A stretch of DNA of 64,000 nt. Origin: Callorhinchus milii (lineage: Eukaryota). This document shows positions 24,788 through 37,352 of this stretch, piece by piece. Under the pieces are notes generated by a model that was not told the DNA's origin, ran no database searches, and saw nothing but the letters and a program-made list of their open reading frames with translations. The position numbers and the translations under genes were made by a program. Each line of letters begins with the position of its first letter. Position 1 is the stretch's first letter. The DNA is taken from contig NW_024704742.1 of the NCBI RefSeq assembly GCF_018977255.1, positions 16,804,001 through 16,868,000 of the forward strand. Reading direction: 5' to 3'.

Positions 24788-25203
24788 AATAACAATGATC
24801 CTTGCATTTCATATATGTACAATTTTTGGTCAGCCGGGTGTCTTGACACATGAGGAAAAGTATCACCATATTTGGGAGTATCTAAACCAAACTGAGAATT
24901 CCAAGCATCCCACCTACACATGAAAATTCCAGAGTTGGAATGGAATGCACACTCACACCCTGGAGGGACACGTCCTGCTTACCTATTAGGTGTAGGTTAG
25001 CAAGAGCCGAGGCTTGGGGACCCCAGAGTGTGCATTTCATATAGCACCTTTCATGATAGGTGCCTCAAAGCGCTTCACAGTATTTACAGCAAAGTGAGGT
25101 GACTGAATTTGTAGGCAAACCCTGCAGCCAATTTTCACACAGAAATGTCCCACAAACAGCCATAAAGAAAATAACCAAGTGGGGGGATTGTTGGCCAGGA
25201 CAT
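24788..25203 (-). mobile_element. DeuSINE 3' portion interrupted by an insertion at 24816-25030
   Basis: Tail aataacaatgatccttgcatttcatata resumes after the insertion as tgcatttcatatagcacc...caaagcgcttcacag...gtcccacaaacagcc...ttggccaggaca. Confidence 0.8.
24816..25030. mobile_element. Unclassified ~215-230 nt interspersed repeat ('element X'), copy 1
   Basis: Flanked by the 13-bp direct repeat tgcatttcatata (24803-24815 and 25031-25043). Homologous in reverse orientation to 55902-56137 and to 62891-63010 plus 63449-63515. Confidence 0.8.
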
Positions 25204-26854
25204 TATAGGCACTAATATCAAATATAATAATAATTATTACTAATAATAATAATGTTTTTTAAATGATCAGCTCTGTAAAATATATCTAAAAAAATGGGGC
25301 AAGTGTGTTTCAAGATTACAAAAGCAGAACACAATATTTTCAGAAGAGCATAAACCATTTTGCTTGTCTGTTTTCTACTTTCGTGCGATTAGGGATGACA
25401 CTTTGCTCTTATAATGTAAGATTAGCAAAGCAGTCACTTCAAAACCCATAATTTTAATCAATTGTTTTCTTTATTCACTTGATCTGAAGAGATTGGCACA
25501 AATACAAAAACTGGAAAGCATCTGTACTCATTTGGATGTCCCGTTTTGAAGTTAATTCTATGAAACTGAAGAAAAACAACTCCAGTCTGAGGCAAGCTGC
25601 AACTAATATAATTTAGCTTTACTTCATGCATCTCTACCCCTAGGCTGGCTGAACTGTATGATGTAGCATGCAACTGCTCCACCATGCAGCATGCTCGAGG
25701 TGAGGGGGAGGAGGCTTTGCAAGGAGGAGGATTTCATTTTCTAAATGGCATGAGTGAAATCACAGCTAAGTTGCTTTCACCCCCAAATACATTCAATCAT
25801 TGGCAGCCTTGAAGGATGGCACTTATTGTCAGAGACTCATTGTAAAAAGCAGCAGCAGATGTTTGGTTTTATTCAGCCTCAATGCTTATGCTGTTCGTGT
25901 GAAGTCAAGTCAGATTACCAAATAATTTTAAAACAAAATGTGGAAACGTGTTTCTCTTTTGACCATAAACAATAAACTTGCTATGAACAAAAGGCTGAAA
26001 TTGCAAACGTATTTAAAAAAACTAGATAGCAAGCCTTTCTAAACAATTGGAATAATTGAAAGGGTCTGTTATCTAGGTTTTTAAATACATCTGAGATTTC
26101 ACCTGGATCTGCATTTCATTTCAAGATCAAATTTAAATTTGTCTGAAATTGTCAATGCTCTGAAATGCTAAGAAAAAAGGTCTAATTCTGGACCTTGTTT
26201 GAATTTCTCCCCCTAGGATCTGTTTTACCTTGTTCTGAGAATGGCTTTGGTACTGATAGTAAATGAATGCCATCTCTCCCGATCTTACCGGTTTTCTAAC
26301 TTTGTTATACTCACCTTACCAGGTTCGTAATGGAGGTACTGCAGAAATTTCAGCTCAGTGGTCCTACCATTGCTAGGACCAAGGTTTTTAAGAGCTACAC
26401 ACAAGTCTGTTTTATAACTAGGTGCACATATGCAGTATGTCAGGACATCAAGCTGCTGGAAAATTGTACTTTCTGCATGGATATCAGTGAAGCGAGTTGC
26501 ATCTGCGTGCTAGTAATCTTGGCAAGATTTCATCCTATAAAACAATAAAAACATGAGATTAATCAGTGCTTTTTAATTTTTGCCACCAAATCCTAATGTT
26601 CCTCCCAGATCTCTTAATAAGCAGTATTCTTTAGAAAGAATTCCTGGAGGATTGAGAATGCTGTTCTACACATTTAGTTTTAACCCTCAGAACACCAATA
26701 ACAGGATTAATTATTTTAGCTCAGTCACCCACCTAGTCTGTTAACAAATTATTTTAGCAAGTGGTGTGTGCTTCCTGGATTAACCCTCCAAAAATCAGAT
26801 ATTCGCCATGTTGCTCTAATGCTGCAATCGCATCAAGCTTCAGTGTTATGAGTT

Positions 26855-27190
26855 AATAATAATATGTGCATTTTGGTACAGCACTTTCATGTCGAGGGGA
26901 TATCTCAAAGCGATTCACAGGGTTTATATACACTGTGAAGCATTTGTAGGTAATAGCAGCAGCTCATTTTGTGCATATCAATATCCCAGAAACTGCCATG
27001 AAATGAACAACCAATTGTGTTTGGGAGAAACTCCCTTCTCTTTTCGAATAGCGACATGGGATTTTTAACGTCCACCTAAAAAAGCAGATGGTTTAATATC
27101 TCATCCAAAGGACAGCAACAACAAGTCCAATACACCCCCACCACTGCAATGAAGTGTCAGCCTAGACAAATGTGACGTCAAGTCCCAGTC
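26855..27190 (-). mobile_element. DeuSINE, diverged
   Basis: Shares gagaaactcccttctcttttcgaatag...atgggatttttaacgtccacct...tctcatccaaagg...gtgtcagcctaga with 39150-39604. Confidence 0.75.
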
Positions 27191-28223
27191 TGTTGTTTCA
27201 GTCTATTGACAGAAGCATGTCTGACATCTCAGTAACATTATTGCTACACAAGCTAGTAATATTAGCTCATTCTTGAGTGTCTCAGGCTGGCAGCTGAAAT
27301 TGTTTTTATATAAAAATTCAGCTCAAAGGATACAGAATTCCCCAGCCATGAGAGTTAAGGAAATAGCAGTGTCACATCAATCCTAGATAAGTATTGTAAG
27401 TGCCGTTCCTGCGTCAGACAAATACTGACTGCAAAGATGCAGGTGATTTACAAATTGATGGTTTATTAGTATAGGAGGGACACCTAAAGGGTCTTCCAAC
27501 ATGTGTTGTGGGGACAGATATCACTACCAAGCCTGGAAGTTGCAGTAGTCTGGGCTTGCTGTTTGGCTGTCTGTACCTCCGCTTGCAACTCATTCAATTT
27601 CTTACACTTCCCTAGCCTCTCCGTCCCTGTCCTCAAAAGTCAGATATGAGCTTCTCCACTTGGCCATTTGTCTAGACCACAAGCTTATTTTGTTCTCTCT
27701 AGCTCTGTAGACTTCATGATCTTCCTAGATCCAATCCTAGTTAAAAGAGATCTCAGTTGGTTTATACGCTTTACTCATCTTGCCTCTCAGGTATGGTCTA
27801 AGACCCCTTTGGAATGGCCTTCACATTGTAAGCCAAAGTCATTTACAGTATTGTGTTGAGAGTATAAGCCATTCAAGTCTGCATTTCTTTCCTGGCCTTT
27901 TGTGCATCTTTGTAACAGGGTAAAATGAAATTTTGCTTCCAGTGATAATCTTCTACTGTTGGTCAATATGTATTTGATCTGATTCTGATGGAGAGAAATG
28001 ACATTGTCCTTCACACTGCAATGGTCACGACATTTCTCTTACCTCAATTATAGACACGTAAATTATATCCCGAGCATAATCCATAAATTTCCACTTAGGA
28101 AACCCAGGATAAGAGCTCTCAGATTCCAATTTATAGCAGGCGAAACAAGGTCCAATATTTAATTTGCCAAATCATATTTACAAGCCCTACCAATGGCAGT
28201 TCACCTTGGAATTACTATCATCA

Positions 28224-28635
28224 AATAATAATAATAATCCTTGTATTTGGTATAGTACCTCATCATGTCATTGAGACAAGACAAAGTGCTTCCCAGGAAT
28301 CATATTGTGACTATTTCTATTTGTAGGACAACAGGGCAGCCAAGTCCCACAAACAGACATGAAATGAACAACCAATTTTTATTTGGAGGATTGTTAGTCC
28401 CACCACCAGGAACAGCTCCCTTCTCTTTTCAAATGATGCCATTGGATATTTAGTGTCCTGCTGAACAACAGATGGGACCTTGCTTTAACATTTCATCCAA
28501 ACATTGGCACCTCTGATGATACAGTACCACAATGGAGTATCAGCCTAGACTGTGAGTTCAAAGTTGTGACATTGGACTTAAACCCACAACCTTCCGACTC
28601 AGAGGCAAGAGCGCTACCCTCTGAGCCAGGCTGAA
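28224..28635 (-). mobile_element. DeuSINE, near full length
   Basis: (aat)n tail through to head aacccacaaccttccgactcagaggcaagagcgctaccctctgagccaggctga. Confidence 0.82.
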
Positions 28636-31155
28636 CAGAACCTCCATTATTTAGCCAACTTACATTACTTACAAATCATTTAATTTCTTATACCTCCCTA
28701 GCCTCTCATTCCCTGTGCTCAACAGCTAGCCATTAGCTCTCCACAGCAGCCCCAGCTTGGCCTTATAGTTATAAAAGTTCATTTATATCATTATAACTTT
28801 CCATATTAGGTAACTTTAAACAATATGTCAGTCAGTGCAAACCATGGATAATGGCATGCTAATCAGATGCTGCTTAAGGGTAACGAACAAGCTGTTCACA
28901 TTGGCTACAACCACATTAAACATACTAATTTTTGAGCAAGGACCTGCTGAAGACTAAGCTTGATGCAGCAGCTACTGGTTAGCTATTATCTACAGGGATT
29001 TGTTAAAAAGCAATATCTAATTTTATCTGTGGCTTTTTGCCCTTCATTCACCATGTAAGTACTAACACTCTGAGGGCTAGTATGTTACTACAATTATAAT
29101 TTACACAGATAGTTTTGCATTGCAAATACCTAAGTGTGGGGTTGCTCAATCTAGCATGAAGGTTTACAGACCTTCAGTAGCTACTTCAGGATAGACACAA
29201 GTCAGATGATTACAGTTGGTTTAACTTTACTTGGACGTTTTCATTTCTCTCAAAGTGCTTCATAGGATATACTGTAAAGGGTAGTGAATTTACAGGTGAA
29301 CTTGACCACCATTTTGCATACAGCAATGTCCCACAAACACCGATGAAGTGAATGACCAAGTGAAGTGAATCACATGTACATGAGCCTCCTAATCTTATTT
29401 ACTATAACCATTACTGTACAATTCTTAGTGTGAAACTGTTATTTTCAGGTCCAGATGTTTGGTGCACATACACAATCATTAAATTGAGTGCACTGTTCTA
29501 TCATAAGGGATCTGGCCACAACTTACATGAAGGAGGTCTCGTGGAGGTTCAGTTAGCCTCTGTTTGTATTTGACATTCACTTAAAATAGAGAAACAAAGT
29601 GCACTGCCTCCTTCCAGTTATTAAAGTGTACGTTCACAAGGCATTCTGTGAAACAAGGATGACTGCAATTTCATCATAGCTCACTTTTATTCCCTTGGTT
29701 TTGACTTCTGAATTCTATGCTGAATGGCAGTCCTGTGAAAGCAGAACATCCTGAATTTAATTTATTTCCCACTGAAAGGCAGAGCTAATGTAACAACGCA
29801 TGTTTAAGTTTAATTCAGCAAAACAAACACAATTTCTGCACATGACACTGATCATTTTATTCATTAAGGACAAAAGAGTTGCTGGAGCTTTACAAATGAA
29901 TCCTGGCATTCTTGTGAGAAGCAAATGTTCATTTATGAAACCCATTACAACAGCAGGGCTCTCAGGAGAAGGTTTTTCTTCAACGCCAATGACTGAACAT
30001 GAAGACGGTAAGGTCCTGCCAGGCTTCCATTCACAGTCTACAACAAGACCTGCAAACACGCTACTTTATCAGTAACACTGGCATGCGGCCCTCATCACAT
30101 CACACTGAAGGTGTCCTTGGGCTTCTCCCTACCCCGAGCAGCAATCTTTCAAAATTGTTACAGGGCAAGCTGTTCTACAGGCTCACTCTGTGTCCTCTCA
30201 GCAGCTTGTAAAAATACAGTCACTATATTTTACAGTATATCTTGTGAAGTGCTTTGGGATCTCCTGCTGGCGAGGAAAACACTGTATAAAAATGTAGTGA
30301 TTGAGAAATAAGGGTGAAAAATGTGACTTGCAATGTTGGCAATAATATGTCCTCCCAACGTGAATGGTGCTATATAAATGCAATTTGGTGTTGTGGTGGT
30401 GGTGCTCGTTTTATCTAAAATTTTGTTTTAGTTTAACTAAAATTGTGGTCAAACCAGTAATGTATTGACTGGCCATGGGATTGAGAACTTACAACTTTAC
30501 TGTGATGGTTTAGCCTGAATACAGACTTGATAGGAAAAGAGAGGTAGTTGGGATAGATGGCTTAATTGTAAGAGCAAACACCAATGTTAGTACAAATGGT
30601 CAAATAGCCAGCCACTGTGTCGTAGATTCCTATGGTCTATGGCCTGGGTTCTTTATTGTATATTTTAAACATTGGAAGGTTACTTTTGCAATGAGTGAGC
30701 CCTTTTTTGAGGTGCCCAGGCTATCAACAGGATAGGCTGACAAGGAGGACAGGATCTAATCATACATTTCACTATAGAAAATTAATATTAAGACTTTCTG
30801 CAAACCCAATTAATTTTTACTGAAAACCATCTCTCCCCAAAAATGAAAATAAATACAGGATGAAACCAAGTAGCTTTACAGTATGTAATATGTGCACAGA
30901 CTTGCATTTATATATATATTAAATATCGATCTGTCTTACTCATTGTGGAAAATGAACCACTCCTTCTTCAGAAGCTGTAAATCTCTCTTACCCTGCTGGT
31001 AACATGTGTTGTCATTAATATGCACTCCTTCTCTCACCAGTGCACTGTGTCTGCAGTGTGACCGCTGTGCTTGCAGTGTGACTGTATACGATCTACAAAG
31101 TATACTGCAGCATTCAGCAACCTTGCTTCACAGCACCACCCAGCCCTATCACCTC

Positions 31156-33305
31156 CAACAACAACAAAATTACATTTATAGAGCATCTTTCACATCGGGA
31201 GGATGTCCCAAGGCGCTAGACAGTCAGTAGTCAGGACCCGAGTAAGTGGGAGGGGTGGAGTAGGGGTGAGGGAAGGCAGAGAGGTGGGAGGGTGACGGCA
31301 TGATTGAAGAGGAGGGTCTTGAGACCGGCCTTGAAGGAGGCAAGGGAGGAAGCGAGGCGAAGGGACTATGGGATGAAGTGCCAGAATGTGGGGGCAGAGA
31401 AGCTGAAAGCTCGGCCACCGACGGTAGGGTGTGTCGGGCGAGAGCCCGCTGAACGTAGGAAGCGGGCAGGTTGGTAGGGAGTCAGCAGGTCAGAGAGGTA
31501 GGAGGGGGCATGGATGGCCTTGAAAGTGAGGACAAGGATCTTGAACTCAATCCTCTGGGTGATGGGGAGCCAGTGGAGTCGGGCGAGGATGGGAGTGATG
31601 GGGTCACAGTGCCTGGTGCATGAGAGTACACGAGTTTTGGATGATCTGCAGTTTGTGAAGGGAAGAGTTGGGAAGGCCGATGAGGAGGGAGTTTCCATAA
31701 TCGAGCCTTGGTGTGCCAAATGCGTGGGTGAGGGTTTCGGCAGCCTGAGGGGTGAGGCAGTGGCGGAGTCTGGCAATGTTGCGGAGGTGGTGGTAGGCAG
31801 TGCCAGTCATGGCGCGGATGTGGAGGAGAAAGAACAGTTCAGGGTCAAAAAAGACACCGAGGTTCCTGACTGGCTTCGTGTGCAACCTTTGATGCTGATG
31901 CTGCCAAGGTGCGGAGGCGTTGGCGCGAGCCAATCAGGCCTCGGTCTTGCTGACATTCAGCTGGAGAAAGTTGTCCCTCATCCAGGACTTGATGTCGGTC
32001 AGGACGCCAGTAGTCTTGGAGTTGAGGGTGGAGGCAGAGAGATAGAGTTGGGTGTCATCCGCTACATGTGGAAATTTACCCCATGTCCGCGGATGATGTC
32101 ACCAAAGGGGAGCGTGTAGAGGGTAAAGAGGAGGGGACCGAGGACAGACCCCTGAGAAACGCCGTACGAGATGTTGCAGGGGCTGGAGGAGAAGTCGTTT
32201 GCTGAGACAAAGTGAAGGCGGTGTGAAAGGTAGGACCTGAACCAGTCAAAGAAAGAACCTTGGAGGTTGAGGTGGGAGGAGAGGTGGTGGAGGAGGATTC
32301 AATGGTTCACAGTGTCAAAAGTGGCAGCTAGATTGAGGAGAACGAGGAGGAAGAGGGAGCCCTGGTCACACATAGTCAGGATGTCATTGGTGACCTTGAC
32401 CAGAGCAGTTTCCGTACTGTGGGCAGGATGGAAATCCAATTGGAGGGGCTCATGGAGGGAGTGGGAGAAAAGAATAAAGCTGGGAGGCAACGGCTCTCTC
32501 AAGGACCTTGGATAGGAAGGGAAGTTTGGAGATGGGCCGGTAGCTGGATAGCTGTGTTGGGTCAAGGGAAGGTTTCTTCAAGTGGGGGAGATAGTGGCTG
32601 TTTTGAGGGGGTAGGAACAGTGCCAGATGACAGGGAGAGGTTGATGATGTCAGCGAGTAGTGGGGCAAGGAGGTGGAGCTGGGATTTAAGGAGAGGGGTG
32701 GGGATGGCATCCAGGGAGCAGATGGTGGACTTCATGGAGGATATGGTGGTGATGATAGAGGAGGGTGACAGGTTCAAAGTTGTGGAAGGAGAGATGGGTA
32801 GTGATCGGAGTGTGGGGTGGGGGTGGGGGGGTTGGGGGTGGAAGTTGGGAGGGCAGTGGCAGCTGAGCGGATTCCCTCGATTTTCAACTCAAGGAAGTTC
32901 AGCATTTCCTCACAGTGGGACTCAGAGGAAAGAATCTGCGAGGCGTTGCAGGGAGGGTGGAGGAGCCGATTGGTGGTGGAGAATAGGAGCCTGGGGTTGC
33001 TCTTCACCTCCAGGATTAACCTGGAGTAGAAGGATGATTTGGCCGAGGCGAGAGCGGAGTGGTAGGTCTTGATGATGTCCAGCCAGATGTGCCGGTGGAC
33101 CGTTAGGCCGGATTTGAGCCAAATGCGTTCGGTAGCCCACACCTGGCCCTTGAGCGAGCGGAGGTGGCTGGTGAATCAAGGTGAGGATCAAAAATAGGAG
33201 GCAGTTTGGGAGGTGAGGGGGGCAAGGGTGGCAAGTGTGCTCGAGAGGGTGCTGTGGAGGAGAGTAAACGCAGAAGATGGGTTGGTGAGGGAGGTGGGCT
33301 CCATC
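31156..33305 (-). mobile_element. L2 LINE, 5'-truncated (~2.1 kb), frameshifted reverse transcriptase pseudogene
   Basis: Reverse-strand fragments [15 protein letters not shown]...[42 protein letters not shown] and LHWLPITQRIEFKIL lie in different frames; (caa)n tail. Confidence 0.93.
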
Positions 33306-33309
33306 ATCC

Positions 33310-33755
33310 AGAAGAACAAAAGCAGCACAATTGGGGGTTCATCATCATCTCCAAGTTCTCTTCCACGTGACACAGTTTCCTAACTTGGACATATAGAAAC
33401 TTAATTTTCGCTGACTCAAAATCCTGCAACTCCTGACCAACAAAATAAAGATTGTCATTCACTTCATGGTCGTATGCAAAATTGGCTCTTGTGTTTGCCT
33501 TCAAATACACAGTCATTATGGTTTACAATATATCCTGTGGCAAGCTTTAAGATGCTCTCCTGGCATGATAGACGCTATACCAATAAGATTATTATTAATT
33601 CCCTATCCCACACCATCGTGATAGCTGCATTGCCATAAAGTCTGCGGCAATTTAAAGAGAAAGTCCCACCTCTACCTTCTCAAAGCAATCAGGGAATGGT
33701 AACAAATGCCGTTACAGCCAGTGTCGCCAGCATCCTGAGAAAGAGTTTTAAAACA
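33310..33755 (+). mobile_element. CR1-type 3' end with a SINE fragment inserted at about 33445-33598
   Basis: ccaagttctcttcca...aaaatcctgcaactcc resumes after the SINE and ends ccttctcaaagcaatcagggaatgg...gccagtgtcgccagcatcc, a shark-type CR1 3' UTR from memory. Confidence 0.6.
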
Positions 33756-34959
33756 AAACATTTTTCAGAATATTACTGAAGGTTATTATCTATTAATGAG
33801 CAGAACAGTGTCGCACGACAGATTCAAGCAGATCCATATTGCCCCTGAGTACAAGCCCTTTCTATCTATAATCACTTCCTGCTGCCTAAGTCAAGTCATT
33901 TTTCATTTCAAATAGTAATACTTTAATCTTCATTGAGAACATCATATGCAGAGGTTTATTCAATGATGGCCACTGTATAGCCCTGATTCTGCTAGTTGTG
34001 TTATCTCCTATTTGGTTTGTGAGCCATGGCCTATTCCTAGTGTAGATTAGTATTGCTGAATGCCTTTGCGTTCTTTAAATGTGCATTGATAACATCCCAT
34101 AAATTGCTCCGGAGCATTTTTCCTCTTGTTGATTCTGGACTAACCTGTCTGTAAGTTGATATAACAATAAAAACTAGTTTTCTGAACACTAGGATGCTAT
34201 TCATTATCCTGTGGTGTTCAGGCATATATATATGGATATATAAGTATATATAAACAAGGTTTATTCATCTCCTCACTCGTTTCCTTCAAGACTTTATTGC
34301 TGTCCTCTCCTGAGGCTACTGAAGCTGTCTTTTCCCACTTTAAAACAGCCATTTTGCAAGTGTTTGAAATAGCTGACAGCTGCTTCATTGGAAATATAAC
34401 AGGCACTGTCAGTATGCATTGTCAAATTTGCTGTGTCTGTATCTGATACCATTCCTAATTATTCAGTATCAGAACATCTTATAGAACAATGTCAGTTTAT
34501 AGCAGTGTGATTTTGTACATCATACTCAAAATCAAATGAGATGTATACAATGATGCATTCGCAGCCCAGTAGAAAACAACTGTTGAGTCAAGTGCCCATA
34601 GGTGCTCTCCTCCTTTAGGGAGGCTTTCCTGTCTTCCGTCCACTCTTCACCCTCTCTGTGATTTAATCAGGGTGCTGAATCCCTCCAAAATTTAAAAAAA
34701 ACAAGTTGAAACCCACCATGCTCTTATTTAGTTCCAAAGATAGTAAAATAATGGGAATTAAATGAAAAAGAGTTGTGTGTGCTGTTACGATATTGTGTGC
34801 CCAGGTTACCTATACTGGTAGAGATGTTCTAGATCCCGCCACATGCAGATCAGACATACACTGAAGTATCTTTCTCATGCTAGTCAGATTCTTAAGTGGC
34901 ATATAATTAACAATGCAGGCAATTTATATTTCAAAACTGCCAAACCTATTTAATTTAAA

Positions 34960-35150
34960 AACTTAACTTAAAAGGCTGATGTTGAAAATAAAGAAAGCAG
35001 GAGTGAGAGGAAGTGTTTTACAATGGATCCGTAATTGGCTGTCTGATAAAACACAGAAGATGGTGGTGCAGGGAATGTCGTCAGGCTGGGAGAATGTTAC
35101 CAGTACTCAGGGGTTTTGGGACCTCTTTTATTTAGCATCTTCATAAATGA
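34960..35150 (+). mobile_element. CR1 reverse transcriptase fragment
   Basis: Translates GVRGSVLQWIRNWLSDKTQKMVVQGMSSGW...LGPLLFSIFIN. Confidence 0.75.
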
Positions 35151-35355
35151 GGGGTGATGCAGTGGTGGTGTTGGGCAAAGTTGCGGAGGTGGGAGAAGGT
35201 AGAATGTGTCATGGCACGGATTAGGGAGAAAGGACAGTTGAGGATTGAATAGGTTCCTGACTGGTTTGGCGATTTGGAGTGTGCAACCATGGATGCTGAT
35301 GCTGCCAGTGCCTGAGGTGCCGACACGCTGGCGTGAGCCAATCAGGAGGACCAAC
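35150..35355 (-). mobile_element. L2 internal fragment
   Basis: Reverse strand [34 protein letters not shown] matches the L2 at 59199. Confidence 0.8.
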
Positions 35356-35606
35356 TACTTTGAGATGTTCTCTTAAATGAATTGTGCCATATAAATCTAG
35401 GATGTTGTTGTTAGACATGCATGTTTTAAACAATTTTCCAATGTTTTGAAGTCTTTCATTATCAGCTTGAGCCATGGTTTATGCATACTGTTCACATCAT
35501 GTGTTCATACAGCAGTTCCACATAGTAAAGGACAGTAATAAATACACACAGAAAAGCCAATATCTTTAACAACTTTCAAATATAAGTAATGTGCCAATAC
35601 AGTGAT

Positions 35607-36043
35607 ATAAGAACATAAGATTTTGCTAGGCGAAAGAGACCAAGGTTCATCTATTTCGCCTTCCACCATTCTGGAAGTCGTTTGACATGTTGTGTCCCAA
35701 ACTAATTGTTGTATCTTGAGATATTATTTTCTAGCAAAAATCTATCGAATTTGTTCTTGAAACAATTGACAGTTTCTGTTTTCACTGCCTCCCTGTGGAT
35801 CCTGTTCCATAAGTTTACTACTCACTTACTGAAGTAGTGTATCCGCAGATTTGTTCTGAATTTACCCACCTTCAATCGCAGGCCGTGTCCTCTGGTTCTA
35901 CTGTTCGGTACAAGATAAAACAACTCATCGTGGTCTACATTATCTATTCCCTTCAGAATCTTAAAGACCGCAATCATATCGCCCCTCAACGTGCTCTTCT
36001 CCTGCGTGAACATACCCAGTTTACGAATCGCTCTTCGTAGTCC
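35607..36043 (-). mobile_element. CR1 LINE 3' fragment
   Basis: Reverse strand KLGMFTQEKSTLRGDMIAVFKILKGIDNVD...SRTRGHGLRLKVGKFRTNLRIHYFS; tail ataagaacataaga. Confidence 0.88.
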
Positions 36044-36663
36044 ATGCATTCGTTACCACAAGGCTTGATGATGGAAACTCCCTCCTTGTCGGCCTCCCCA
36101 ACTCTTCCCTCCACAAGCTGCAGATCATTCAGAACTCTGCAGCTTGTGTCCTCTCCTGCACCAGGCTCCATGACCCCATCACTCCCATCCTCACCCGGCT
36201 CCACTGGCTCTCCATCCCTCAGAGGCTAGAATTCAAAATCTTCAACCTCATTTTCAAGGCCCTCCACGGCCTATCAAATGCAAGGATTATTATTATTATT
36301 GCTCCCTCCTACCTCTCTGACCTGCTAACCCCCTATCAACCCATTCACTCCCTCCATTCAGCAGCCTCAGGCCTGCTCCATGTCTCCCGCCTGGCCCACC
36401 CCACAATCGGTAGATGGGCTTTCACCCTCTCTGCTCCCACCCTTTGAAACTTTATCCCACAGTCCCTTTTCCTTGCTCCCGCTCTTGTCTTCTTCAAAAA
36501 ATGACTTAAGAACCTACTTGTCGACCATGCCTTCAACCGCCCTCCTACCTCTCTGCCCTCCTTTATCCCAACCCTGCCCCCACCCTATGCTCGGGTCCTG
36601 ATCCCTGATTGTTCAGCGGCTTGGGACATCCTCCCAACTTGAAAAGCGCTTTACAAATGTAAT
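36040..36663 (+). mobile_element. L2 LINE 3' fragment carrying a 30-nt SINE-tail insertion at 36271-36300
   Basis: Collinear with 59445-60060 apart from the inserted ctatcaaatgcaaggattattattattatt. Confidence 0.88.
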
Positions 36664-37033
36664 TTTTTTTTTTAATTGATAAATATAGTAGTGGACATCA
36701 AGCAGGGAAATAAAGACATTTTAAAATGTTTACCACAATCATGATTGAAGAGATATCTGGGGAGAAATTTCACCTGGATCTAGATTTGCTCCATTTACGT
36801 AACATTGTCGGAGTGTCCAAAATTTGGCAAAGTCTTAAATGCAGTCTTAATTTTGTGTTAAATTTTCTGTACTTTCTTTGCAGAACTACAGAAAGACAGC
36901 TTCTAGGTTAAGAATAAATTCAACAATTTGCCAAATTCAGGATATGCTAAAACGCTACATAAATAGAGCAACTCTAGATACTGGTAGAATTTCTCTCGAT
37001 CGGTTTTAGAAGACGTTTGAAGGCAGGGATGTA

Positions 37034-37352
37034 ATAATATAATAATAATAATAATCCTTGCATTTGATATCGTGCTTTTCATGTCTTCTCGACATCTCAA
37101 AGCGCTTCACAGAATAGACTATAAAGTGAATTAACTGTATATTTTGGGCGAAACGCGGCAGCCAATTGCGCACAGCAGTGTCCCATAAACAATCGTGGAT
37201 TGAAAATGACCAATTTTATTATTGTTTTGTTTTTGGAGGGATTATTGTTAGGCGTGTGGAGTAAGAAAATTTGCCCAAGGTTTCGCCCTGCCTGGAATTG
37301 AACCCAGGTGTTTCATTTGCAAAGCAAGTGCTCTAACCACTTAGCTACAGGA
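37034..37352 (-). mobile_element. tRNA-derived SINE, full-length short form
   Basis: Very similar to 708-1023. Confidence 0.9.

Noticed and set aside
31514..33072. 201-aa and 217-aa + strand ORFs
   Set aside because: Antisense to an L2 ORF2; GC-rich L2 sequence commonly leaves the opposite strand open.
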